Below are positions 1-11,806 of a DNA stretch of 64,000 nt, one piece after another (within the stretch, counting starts at the first letter, position 1; each line of letters starts with the position of its first letter). The stretch spans positions 8,563,083 to 8,627,082 of the forward strand of contig JBNZDD010013722.1 in the NCBI GenBank assembly GCA_050575255.1, in the 5' to 3' direction. This stretch comes from Harriotta raleighana. Lineage: Eukaryota. The translations under genes and the position numbers were made by a program. A model generated the notes under the pieces. The model was not told the DNA's origin and did not search any database. It saw nothing but the letters and a program-made list of their open reading frames with translations.

Positions 1-1210
1 CAACACTCATCAGAACATTTGTGTTCTCTCACAAAATGCACAGCGTATCCTTTTAAGAGTTTAGAGATGCCTCCTGCCGTGAAAGGCACAAAACCAAATT
101 TAACGATTATTATTAACATTAAGAGGAAAAAATCCTTAGGTTGCTCATGTCAACGATTTTCATCTGAAACACCACTGATTGTACCCTCACCCACACTAAA
201 CTCCACACACCCATCACCATAATTTTCGCTAGACTCTATGTCATCAGCCACTCCACCCCTAACCTCTGGAACTCCCTGCTTCAATCTATCTTTAAATCCT
301 ATTTCAAGCTTTACCTCTGCTATTGCACCTTCAGTCACCGCCACTTTCCCCTTCTCCATTGCTTGGCATCGAATCCCACCACCAGGCAGGCTCTGAGACT
401 CTATTCCCTCTTAAGAGCAATACATTAATGTTGTTGCCAATACCCACATTGCACAGTGTAAATAGGGCTGAAGTTTGGTGGAATTATGCTAAAGACAACT
501 TGTTTCCTCAATATTCCTCCTCCTGCAAAACCCGCAGAGTAAATTTGGTTTAAAATTGCAGGATTTCTACACACCAGTCAGCAACCTGCTGTTTTGACAT
601 AACCTCAACACCAGAATAGTGGTAATGTGTGAAAAGGGAACCTTTTTCGATGGCAAAACAAGTTTTCTAATTCTTTTACAGGAGCAATACTGGCCTGAAT
701 GTGAGTTATCCAAATCTGTTGCCAAGGATTCGAACTTGGTGGGTTGAAGTGATGTCACGGAGGAGGAACTCAGTGGGAAAATCAAAGGCCAAGCTGATCA
801 TGGCTATATTTATATAGCAGGGGATAAAGCTTGCCACTGCCTTTGATCATAATTGGTGATCAACCTATGTTAAAGGGAGCTAACAAGGGCTGCCCGACAA
901 ACGGGCTTGGCTGGAGTTTGTGATAATTGAGCACAAATATAATGCTGGGGGCTTGGGAGTCTGACAGGAAAGTATAGAGAGGTGAATGCACATAGGTACA
1001 GTTTGCACAGAGGTCGAGCTTCTTTGTGTTTTAAAAAAGAACCATTCTGTGTGAAACCTATTGTGCAAGTTTAGTTTTTTGGGGTGTGACCCATGCCTCC
1101 CTGCAAACAGCCATTGGAACTTGAAATTCAGGTGATTTTGTTATTTGAGTTCTTCAAGAAACTGCTTGCTTTTGTATTTGGAAGATTAAAGAGTAGACTC
1201 AGGACAGCTG

Positions 1211-1440
1211 GCCAGCCACACATGCTATCCCGGCGGCCAGCCACACATGCTGACCCGGCGGCCAGCCACACATGGTGACCCAGCGGCCAGCCACACATGC
1301 TGACCCGGCGGCCAGCCACACATGCTGACCCGGCGGCCAGCCACACATGGTGACCCGGCGGCCAGCCACACATGCTGACCCGGCGGCCAGCCACACATGG
1401 TGACCCAGCGGCCAGCCACACATGCTGACCCGGCGGCCAG
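1211..1440. repeat. 25-bp GC-rich minisatellite, 9 full units plus 5 bp (GCCAGCCACACATGSTGACCCRGCG)
   Basis: Units start at 1211, 1236, 1261 ... 1411 with only 1-2 variant positions each. Confidence 0.97.
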
Positions 1441-1454
1441 GGGTGGAGTCAGTC

Positions 1455-2700
1455 AGCAAGCTGCTCTGGATAAGGTCAGTAATGATATCTTGCCCATTTG
1501 TGACCATGGCTCCCTCTGCCTCCTTGTCCTTGTTGACCTATCTGCTGCCTTCGATACCGTGGACTGCACAATCCTCCTCTACTGCCTCTCCTCCCACCTC
1601 AATCAACAAGGTTCTGTCCTCAACTGGTTCCGGACCTACCTTTCGCACCGCCTCCACTTTGTGTCCGCCAACGGCTTTTTCTCCAGCCCCTGCACCCTTC
1701 CTCAGAGCTCTGTCCTGGGTCCCCTCCTCTTCACATGCTACGTGCTCCACCTCTGTGATATCATCTGCAGACATGGAGTAAATTTCCACATGTCTGTGGA
1801 TGACACCCAACTCATCTCTCCACTTCCACTCTCATCTCCAGCACTATCAGTGTACTGACTGCCTGTCCGACATTCAGTCCTGGACGAAAAACAACTTTCT
1901 CCAGCTGAATGTCCAGAGGTCTGAGACCCTCTTGATTGGCTCGCGTCAGCATCCAAGGTTGCACTCTCCACCTCTCTAAGCCAGTCAGGAACCTGGGCAT
2001 CTTACTTGAACTTGAACTATCCTTCCTCCCCCATATCCGCACCATGACCAGTACTGCCTTCCACCACCTTCGTAACATCGCCAGATTCTGCCACTGCCTC
2101 ACACCACAGACTGCTGAAACCCTTGTCCATGCATTCATCACATCAAGGTTCGAATATGGAAACTCCCTCCTCATTGGCCTTCCTAGTTCTTCCCTTCACA
2201 AGCTGCAGATCATCCAGAACTCTGTAGCTCATGTAATCATCTGCACCAAGCTCCACGACCAAATCACTCCCATTCTTGCCTGGCTCCATTGGCTCCCCAT
2301 CCCCCGGAGGATTGAATTCAAGATCTTTATCCTCACTTTCAAGGCCATTCACAGCCTTGCCCACTCTTACTTCTCCAACCTGCTGTCCCCTATGAACCTC
2401 CCTATCCCCTCCGTTCAGCGAGCTCCAGCCTACTCCATGTCCCCCGCCCGACCATACCATTAGAGGACAGGCTTTCAGCCTCTCTGCCCCCACACTCTGG
2501 ATCTTCATCCCACAATCCCGTTACCTCACTCCCTCCCTCACCTCCTTGAAGGCCGGTCTCAAGACTCTCCTCTTCAACTGTGTCTTCTGCTGCCCTCCAA
2601 ACTCTCTCCCTATCCTGCACTTCTCCCTTGCTCGAGTCCCAACTTGACTTTCCTCCTGCCTTGAAAGGCGCTCTATAAAGATAATATTGTTGTTGTTGGT
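1455..2700 (+). mobile_element. 5'-truncated, decayed L2-clade LINE (RT domain to 3' tail)
   Basis: RT motifs LVDLSAAFDTVD, PQSSVLGPLLF and FHMSVDDTQL; C-terminal [17 protein letters not shown] and LHWLPIPRRIEFKI; ends GAAAGGCGCT...(TTG)n. Frameshifted. Confidence 0.93.
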
Positions 2701-3644
2701 CGTTGCAAACAAGCTGCCAGATTTACCTACAAAATACCCAATCATCCTTTACAGCATGTCCTTTGAAATGCTTTGAGATGTCCTCTTAATGCGAAATATA
2801 GCAATATGAGATGCGAGTATTATTATTTAAAGCATAACTAACTCCCTTTTAAACATTGCAATTGATGAGTAAATGGGCTAGGTAGCCCACTTGGTATTTT
2901 AGATGCCAATTGTTACTGAAGTGTAACATTGCAAAACTCTCATTTAAAAAAAATCTAATTTAGTGATTCATAGTCATTAAGAAGAGTGCACAAGAAAATA
3001 TTTTTTTCTGGGTTTACCATTAGAGCCCTCGCAAACATCAACCAGTCATTGTAAGAGCAAAACACCTCCCAAAGACATGACTTTCAGACTCAATCATGCT
3101 TTATCCACATTGTTCATCCCACAGGTTCAACTTTCAAGTTACAAGCTCTTTGAATAATAATATCAATTTTCTTATCCACTCATTTTGATTTGGGTAGGAT
3201 GCTAGCAGTCAGTTTTAACACTGAGGAAAGCATTCTGCTTAATGTCACTGAATTACAAAGAGATTATTGTGAGATTCAGATCAGTGATCAAAGTCCTAAC
3301 GCCATGGTTACTTACATAAAATAAAATGTTCCATTATGCTCAAAGGTTGACACAGTTGACTTTAAAATAAAATGATTCATAACATTTGCACTCACTCTTT
3401 TTCTTGAACCTACTACTTGTGTCCTGCTGAAAAAGTTCGCCAAACAAAGCACAGTCTCTATTCTTTGCATTAAACCCTGTGAAGTGTAATCACTGCGGAA
3501 AGAACTAGCACTAGACCAGATGTTGGGATTCGTATTATTATCTGAATAAATTGATATGTTGTTCGTCATTTCATCAAAAAATTAGCTGTGGGGCTGAATA
3601 AATTACACCTAATGTAAAGGCGAAGAGAGGTCTGGAGGAGGGGG

Positions 3645-3875
3645 AGGGTGGGGAGCTGTGCTCAATCCTATCCATCTGATTTACACACAGTTACACATTC
3701 CACCAGAGATCACCAAGCAATCAGAAGCAGAGATTGGGACTGATTTTTCCCTTCCAATCCTGGGGATTCAAAGGTACTGCAATGTGCCCGTCTATACTAA
3801 TCTTGAGATCAGTTGACTCAGCACAGACTAACTGAAGAATGTGTGACCTGTGTGGCTTGGTGCCACAATGTACAA
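3645..3875 (-). mobile_element. Ancient SINE remnant, AmnSINE2-like
   Basis: Minus strand reads TCTGTGCTGAGTCAACTGATCTCAAG...GGAAGGGAAAAATCAGTCCC, similar to the AmnSINE2-type consensus as I recall it; related pieces at 33185-33300 and 54800-55055. Confidence 0.45.
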
Positions 3876-5024
3876 TGCACACAGAAATTTCCTGCTGAAC
3901 TCATTGACACTATCTGTTGGTCTATATTTTTTTAAAAAGGAATTTATATCTGGCTTTTCTTTTTCCTAATTTCTGAGTTTCTGTCATTGATGTTTCTGAT
4001 ATTTGAATCCTTAGCACACAACAACAACAACTTGCATTTACATTTGTATAGTGCCTTTCATGTCCGGTGAACTTCACACACAAATACACAAAAACACACA
4101 AGGGGACACCTACACATAGTGAAGAATTTGCCTTGATTAATGTTGACAATGATGTTCATATTCTGGGAGAAGGGACACAATAAAATCTCTCTCTCAAAAA
4201 GAATGAGTTTAACTTCCATTAACCGTTCCTCATAGCTTGAATTTCTGACATTTAGAATAGTTACTGGGTTCTTGGAAATTACATTGATTATGAGACATAA
4301 CAAAAAGATCGCTATTTCTAAGGATCAGAGTATCAGAAACCCATTTGTGTCAAGGTATAAACAGCATGCACTGAAAGACATATTACATCTTCTGTAGCAT
4401 AAACTGGTTTGAAACTTTTCAAATGAATCTGACATTTTATTGCACAGGTTTTTAATGCAAACAACAACGAACATTTATATAGTGGCCTTCAAGCGAATGC
4501 AATTGTAAGCATAATGGAGTACTTCTGTATAAGATATGTACAAATTCTAACAATACAGTATGTCTTGTTTTTTTGAGCTGAAAACCAAAAGGTTCTACAT
4601 AAATGTCAATTATTATTATTTACCTTGTACATTTTGTATCAAATCAAATGATTTCCAAACACTTTTCAGTACAAACGTCAAGAGTAGTGACTCTTTATAG
4701 GCTTATACAGCAACTGTTTTGCGCATTGCAAAATTCCACAAAACAGCAATAATAAATTGATCACTTCAATCCACAACTATTTGTGGGACACTGTTGTGCA
4801 CAATTAGCTCCTGCATTTTGCCCACAAAAAAAGTAGTCATTTCACTTCAATGTGTATTCTGTGAAGTGCCATAAGACAGCTTGAAGACCTGAAAAATGCT
4901 ACATCAAATGCAAGGTTTGTTTTTATCTTATTAGAGATAAAATGCATCAAATAATTAACTATTTTAGCTAGCCATACACATAACATCTGGACTGCAGTAA
5001 GCAAAAGCCAGCAAATTGTTCATA

Positions 5025-5550
5025 CAGGAAGTCCTCTATTTAGGTTGGGGATGCGTTCCTGGAAAACGCAACGTTATGTGAAAGACTTAAACTGAAACCT
5101 ATTTTATCATTGACTTAAATATATCATTTTAGGATATATTCCAGGGGTAATTTTTTGGTCAACGTTTGCAGAAAAAATATTAAATATGTACCAAAAAAAA
5201 ACAAAAGACATACCCAACCAGATATAATTATAAATTTAAACAATATAAGTTAATACAGAGATTGCATCCAGAGACCTGGTGTGGCATGGAGTTACTCGGA
5301 CAAAGAGGCAGGACTGTAAAATTGAAGCCAAACTCAAGAGCTCTAGAGGTTGCAGGGTCCTAATGTGTCATCACATTCGCTGCCCAAACTACAGTAATTA
5401 GTTCGTGTGGGTACATTTAAATTTTGCGTTCTTTCAAAACAAAGTTAAAGTGAATCAATGCATTTTAAATCGAATCACGTCCCCCTAAATCGCCAGTGAT
5501 GTTAAAGCAAAATGACATAACTGGGAGTGACGTAAATGGAGGACTTATTG
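5025..5550. mobile_element. Tc1/mariner (Tigger/pogo-type) non-autonomous DNA transposon
   Basis: Imperfect TIRs CAGGAAGTCCTCTATTTA ... TAAATGGAGGACTTATTG, flanked by TA on both sides. Confidence 0.8.
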
Positions 5551-5711
5551 TATATCAACTGAATCCGCATTTGATGCGAGAGAGGTGACCGATCTTTAAC
5601 AGTAACATTCTTTAGAAACAAAACATATTCCAGATTGTAGATTACTAATATTGTAGCAACAAGTTGGAATAATCTGAATTATGACAGAATCTGCCAGCGA
5701 TTCTTTTAGAT

Positions 5712-6566
5712 CAGTGGTTTCCAACCTCGGGTCCCGACCCAATCGAGGTTGTGGGGGTCCTCAGTAGGGTCACAAATGGTCATCAGAATTTTTTTTTTCT
5801 TTTTTAATTTTGAAAAGTGCACCAGGTGACACTGCTGGCCAATTTATATGNAATCTGCCAGCGATTCTTTTAGATCAGTGGTTTCCAACCTCGGGTCCCG
5901 AGGTTGCGGGGGTCCTCAGTAGGGTCACAAATGGTCATCAGAATTTTTTTTTTTTCTTTTTTAATTTTGAAAAGTGCACCAGGTGACACTGCTGGCCAAT
6001 TTATATGAACAACAACAAAATTGCACTTATAAAGTGCCTTTCACGTCAGGAGAACGACCCAAAGCACTGAACAGTCTGGTCGAGACCTGAGCGGTTGGTT
6101 GGGGAGAGTAACGGAAGGAGAGGGGGAAAAGTTAGTGGGGGAGCCAATGGCTCGAAGAGGAAGGTCTTGAGACCAGCCTTGAAGGAGGAGAGGGAGGAAG
6201 CAAGGCGGAGGGGCTGTGGGATGGAGTTCCACAGTGTGGGAGCAGAGAGGCTGAAAGCCCGGCCGCTGATGGTTGGGCGGTTAGGGCAGTTGACGCGGAG
6301 CAGGCCTGAGTCTACTGAACGGAGGGGGCGAGCAGGCTGGTAGGGAGACAGCAGGCCAGAGAGATAGACAGGGACAAGGCCGTGAATGGCCTTGAAGATG
6401 AGGACTAGGATCTTGAATTCGAAAGACTGTACCAGCGAGTTGCGAATGAGTCCACAAAAGAGAAAGAGATATCATCTTGGCTGAGCTTCGCTTCAGTCAC
6501 GCAGGGTCAGAAAGTCCTGTTGGTGGCCAGTTTAGGGTCGCAGCAAAAAAAGGTTGGGAACCACTG
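5712..6566. mobile_element. hAT (Charlie-type) MITE carrying a nested L2 fragment; left end appears twice around the N at 5851
   Basis: TIRs CAGTGGTTTCCAACCT / AGGTTGGGAACCACTG; 8-bp TSD TTTTAGAT (5704-5711) versus TTTTAAAT (6567-6574). Confidence 0.85.
6008..6445 (-). mobile_element. L2 LINE 3' fragment nested in the hAT MITE
   Basis: (AAC)n tail at 6008, stem-loop tail, and reverse-strand ORF2 C-terminus closely matching the copy at 27947-28582. Confidence 0.9.
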
Positions 6567-7199
6567 TTTTAAATAAATGTAATTTGCCTTAAGATATCTT
6601 GTACGGAAGAGAAGACAACATGTGACAATTGTTAGGAGTATAAAAAGTTAGAGTTCTGTAAACTCACTACAACAATAACAACTTTGATTTATATTGCGCT
6701 CTCCACGCTGGGCGGCGTCTCAGAGCGCTTAATCTAACACTATTGGAGTTCAATAAGTTTATTTATTAAATACTTTTGACAGTTAATTACCGGAGAAGGT
6801 AGATGAATGGTAGAGGGATGTTGACACAATTTCGAAAAAAGGATTTGCCTAATTTATGACAAAGCAGCTTTCTAAGATGTGTTATTAATTTTATAGGTGC
6901 TAGGAAGGTTAAAGGAAAGAGCAGTGACACGTTTTTCTGTAGAACAAAAATCATCTGTCAGTAGAAAAATCAATAAATGAAAAAAAAATTGCAGCCAATT
7001 AAAGCAAAAAAAATTCCAGCCAATTAAAGCAAAATCCAGACATTTCCCATGGCTCATAAAACCATGCAAGGTTTATATTGATCAGATGCCTAGGTGCCTA
7101 ACCCTTCCTTTAAATGACTGTATTTTATTAACTGGTGCATGATTCTGGATTATGATATACATATTTTAATTTATTCATTCTGAAAATAAAAAGCTTGTC

Positions 7200-9405
7200 A
7201 AGACCTCCATTCCCTTAACACCTCCATACTCCTTCCCCCTGCACAATCCTCTAAAATTACCTACTGCTGGTGGAAAACTATCTCCTCCACATTCCCTCTC
7301 TCCCGCCCTTGAGTCGTCCGACCTCCTTCCCCTCTGGCCCTCTCTTAACAACCTACACTCCTCCCTATGCTTCCTCCACAGTTCCCTCTCCTCCATCCTT
7401 GATTCCCTCGACGCCCTCAATTCCTGAACCTCCTCCTATTCCCGTAAATCCCCCTGGTACACCAGCCACCTCCGAATCCTTAAGATGCAAGTGCAAGCTA
7501 CCGAACAAGCCCGGACCAAATTAAACTGAATAGTCCACCGGCAAATTTGGCTAGACCATACCAAGCATACCGCTCCGTCCTAGCCTCCCCAAGTTCTCAT
7601 ACTACTCCAAATTAATCCTGGAGGTGACGGTGAACCCCAGTCTTCTTTTCTTCACCACTGACCGCCTCCTCCACCCATCCTCCCACACTTCACCCATCAT
7701 ATTCGTTCAGCCACCTCTATCCCATCCTCCACTACCTCCCCACTACCTCCCCCACAGGATCTATCTCCCTCCCACTCTCCATGACAGACCTTCCACCTTA
7801 TCTCTCTCCCCACCTTCTCTGCTCTCCTCTGCAAAATGAAACCCATCTCCTGCTCCCTTGAGGCCATCCCCACCTCTCTCCTCATCTCCCAGCCCACCTC
7901 CTAACCGATGTCATCGACCTCTTCCTATCCACCAGCACCTTCACCTCCAAAAACTGCTATCATCACTCCCATCTTAAAAAAACTTTCTCTCGATCCATCC
8001 CTACTCTCTGGCTATCACCCCATCTCCAATCTCTCATTCCACTCCAGTGCCCTGGAACTAGTCGTTGCTTCGCTCCTTTCTCTTCCTCCACTCTCTCCTC
8101 GAATCCCTTCAATCTGGCTTCCATGCTGCCCACATCACCGACAGCCCTGGTCAAAGTCTCTAACGGCATTCTGAACATCTGGCATCAGTTGTCCTTGTTG
8201 CCCTCCTTGACCTCTCTGCCGCCTTCGACACTGTCGACTATTCCATCCTCCTACACTGCCTCTCCTCGCTCCTCAATCTCCATGGACTTACCCCTGCCTG
8301 GTTTGACTCCTCCCTCTCTCATCCCCTACACTTTGTTGCCACCAACGGTTTCTCTTCCAGCCTCCAAACTGTCACCTGTGGTGTCCCCCAGGACTCTGTC
8401 CTTGACCCCTTATTTTTCAACATCTACATGCTCCCACTTGGTGACATCATCCGCAGACATGAGATTAACTTCCACATGTATGCGGATGACACCCAACTCT
8501 TTCTCTCTGCCTCTACCCTCGACTCCAGGACTACCAGTCTCCTGACAAACTGTCTGTCAGACATCAAGTCCAGGATGACAGCTAATTTTCTACAGTTGAA
8601 TGCCAACAAGACAGAGGCCCTACTGATTGGCTCATGTATCAGGCACTGGCTGCATCAACCTCCATGGTTGCACACTCAAGCACACCAAGCCAGTCAGGAA
8701 CCTAGGTATCTTGTTCGACCCTCAACTGTCTTTCCTCCCCCACATCCAAGCAACGACTCGCTCTGACTTTCCCCATCTCCGCAACATTGCCCAACTCCGC
8801 CACTATCTCACCCCCAAAGCCGCTGAAACTCTCATCACGCCTTCATTACATCCCAGTTTGATTATGCAAATGCCCTGCTGGTCGGCCTTCCTAATTCCTC
8901 CCTACACAGGCTGCATGTAATCCAGAACTCTGCATCCTTGTCCTCTACCATTCCAAACTCTGTGACTCCATCTCCCCCATCTTCGCCTGACTCCATTGGC
9001 TCCCCATCATCCAGAGGATCCAATTCAAGATCCTGGTCCTCACATTTAAAGCCCTCCCTGCCCCACCCTACATCCATGACCTCCTATCCCATCCTCTGCC
9101 CACATCCTCTGCTCAGCAGGCTCTGGCCTGCTCCACATCCCCCGAACCACTTGTCGCACCATCGGCAGGCGAGCATTCAGCCACTCTGCCCCCAACCTCT
9201 GGAACTCCATCTCTCTGCCTCGCCCCCTCCCTGGCCTCATTCAAGTCTCACCTCAAAGACTCTTTAATGGACCCATCGGCAATTTCAAATCCCCCCTTTC
9301 CCTCACTCCCCATTCTCAACACGGGTCTGAAGCAGTGACTGTCCAGCCCCTTGGGACATCCTCCTGACGTGAAAGGCGCTATACAAGTATAATTTTGTTG
9401 TTGGT
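7200..9405 (+). mobile_element. Longest L2 LINE copy in the window (about 2.2 kb, decayed ORF2 plus tail)
   Basis: KTAIITPILKKLSLDPSLLSGYHPISNL, DLSAAFDTVD, INFHMYADDTQL and KPVRNLGILFDPQLSF; ends CCTTGGGACATCCTCCTGACGTGAAAGGCGC...(TTG)n. Confidence 0.93.
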
Positions 9406-9534
9406 GGTACAAACCTGCGGTTACTCTAGTAGCTAATTAGAGGACTTCCAATAAAAGCTTAGATCTTTGACACCAATAGAATTAAACATTTTAAATGTTC
9501 AGTGTGAGAAATATCATATCATACTTTTTTAAAA

Positions 9535-9965
9535 CAGCAACATTATACATTTATTAGTGGACTTCACATAGGGAAAGGTTTCAGAGTATTTTAGAGGTGG
9601 ACAATCTCCATGGTTGCACACTCAACCTCACCAAGCCAGTCAGGAACCTGGGAAGGGAGAGAGGAGAACGGAAGTGAGTAAAGGTACAAACAAAGAGGTA
9701 GGAACTCAAGCGGGAATTAAAGACAGAGAATAGGTGAGACCAAGTGAGAAGGAGTTCCAGAGGTTAGTGTCAAAAGAGCTGGAGGCTCGGCCACTTATGA
9801 TGGTACCAAGAGACCAATGTTGGAACAGAAGGATCAAGGGACATGTCGAAGGCTTGAGACAAATGAGTAAAGGGGGCAAGTAGAGGAGTGAGCTGTGCAC
9901 GAGCAGAGATATGGGAGGGTGCCAGGGCATGAAGTGATTTGAAGGTAGGTTGAGGATTTTAAAAT
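9535..9965 (-). mobile_element. Old L2 3' fragment interrupted by a 51-bp plus-strand L2 piece (9602-9652)
   Basis: Reverse frame GRASSSFDTNLWNSF resembles the L2 ORF2 end GRAFSHSAPxLWNS. Confidence 0.65.
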
Positions 9966-11610
9966 TCAGTAACGAAATTGAATAAATCCTTCATAAATTA
10001 ACTTTCCAGCACTTAAAGAAATACTCTTAAGGATAAGACTAGGTGGAATTTCAAGCCTCATGTTCTATCATTCATTCAGTATATGAAATGCTTGAAACAA
10101 CAGCATACTTTTCCTCTTGAATTACAAAGATTTAATTGGTATTTATTTAGGCATTTAAATCTAATGCAACGTATTACATTATGCAACAGCTCTTTAATGC
10201 AGATTAAAAACTTGTTATGAAACAATGAAGCATTTTAAATGAACTCTATTTTTTTTGTGGCTGACTTTGTGGCTGTCCCTGCTGATAGATTAATATCTTT
10301 TAAGTGGACAATTCATTAACATGACTGCTCACTTGGGAATCTCATTGATTATAAATGTTACAAACATTTAGAAGGTAGGATATTTATGGCACATTAAATG
10401 ACACTGCATTGAAAATTTTCAGGTTTGCAATGTTTGTTAGTTTTCTCTCTTTGCCAACAGAGAAATCCTCAGAATTAAAGCTTAGCATCATCAACCTGGT
10501 TCAGGTGGTATCATTCTTGTTGCAGAGTTTGAAGGTTAAGGCCCACTTTGAATCTTCAAGTTCACATTCCAGGGTGACGTTACATTGTGATGCTGAGAGA
10601 AAGCTATGCTGTTAGTGCTGCTGTACTTCGGGTGAGATGTTTAACCCAGCTCTGACATTCGATGAGAGAATGGGTGTTTCTCTTAGTGTCCTGGCTAACA
10701 ATCCTCCAAAAAAAAATGGTCACTCACTTCTTGGCTATTTGTGAAACATTTCTATATGCAAATTGGCTGCTGTGTTTCCCACCACTCTAAAGGTAGATGT
10801 CTGACAAATAGCTGATGAGAAAACCCTTAGACGAAAAACTGCTGGAAGCCGTTGCCCAGAGTCTGGGTTTGTGAATCCATATACTATACATTTATCCTTG
10901 GCTTAGTATCCACCTTGATTGATTTGCAGAGAGCTGAGCAGTTGCTACTCAAACTCCACGAGGAGTTTGGAACCATCTCTCCATGAATGGGGATAGATGT
11001 CTGAGTGGTAGGCAGAAAGCGAATGGTAATGTTCTGATGCGTTTCATAATGAGATACTCACCAGGAAGCTTTCAGATGTCAAATGGCCAACTGTTGACAA
11101 CTATTGAATGTGTTGGTTGGGGAAGGGTGGAAAGATAAGCAATGGACTCTGTGGTTGAGTTGGCTCCAGGGTCATATGCTGGAGAGCAGAATCTCATATT
11201 TGAATTAACCCTCTGTGGTGATCAAGGTATGCTGGTTTCTGAACTAGGTGGGTCTGCGGGTGCCTTTTTTTGCATGATTTGCTTGTAATGCAATCTTGAC
11301 TCATTGGACCCAGCTGACAGGATTACAACAAGGTTTTCTTGTAACTATCAATGAGGATGAACTTGCCCACCCATCCTACTTGATGTGACAATTACAGTTA
11401 GGGTGGTGGAACAGTGATAACTCAGATTTAGCTCTTGATATTAGGTTACTTCTATTGGTAGAAATTCAGCAATCACACTTTACAGTTACTGCTGAGTAAT
11501 ATGGAAAAGTTGCTAAAGCTGTCAGTAGTAATCGGTTTGAATGGACCAAAACACCATTATCTGGCTAGCATTATGTCCTATAAGACTATAAATTAGCAAG
11601 CTGAATGGGT

Positions 11611-11806
11611 AACAAAAACAGAAATCGCTGTGAACACTCAGCAGGTCAAACAGCATCTATGGAGAAAAGAAAAGTTCTGACAAAGGGTCATGCACCCGAA
11701 AGGTTGACTCACCTTTCCTTTCTCCATAGATGCTGCCTGACCATAGAGTGCTCCCAGAGATTTCTGTTTTTGTTTCAGATTGCCAGCATCTGCAGTATTT
11801 TGCGTT
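11611..11806 (+). mobile_element. Penelope-type inverted-repeat remnant containing a degenerate minimal hammerhead ribozyme core
   Basis: About 56-bp imperfect inverted arms (11611-11667 and 11719-11774) around CTGACAA-A-GGGT-CATGC-ACCC-GAAA-GGTT (11677-11705); followed by TCAGATTGCCAGCATCTGCAGTATTTTGC, typical of this chondrichthyan repeat as I recall it. Confidence 0.7.

Noticed and set aside
1128-1507. Repetitive minus-strand ORFs (MCGWPPG...) and a CRISPR-like appearance
   Set aside because: Products of the 25-bp minisatellite; units are contiguous with no unique spacers, and the DNA is vertebrate.
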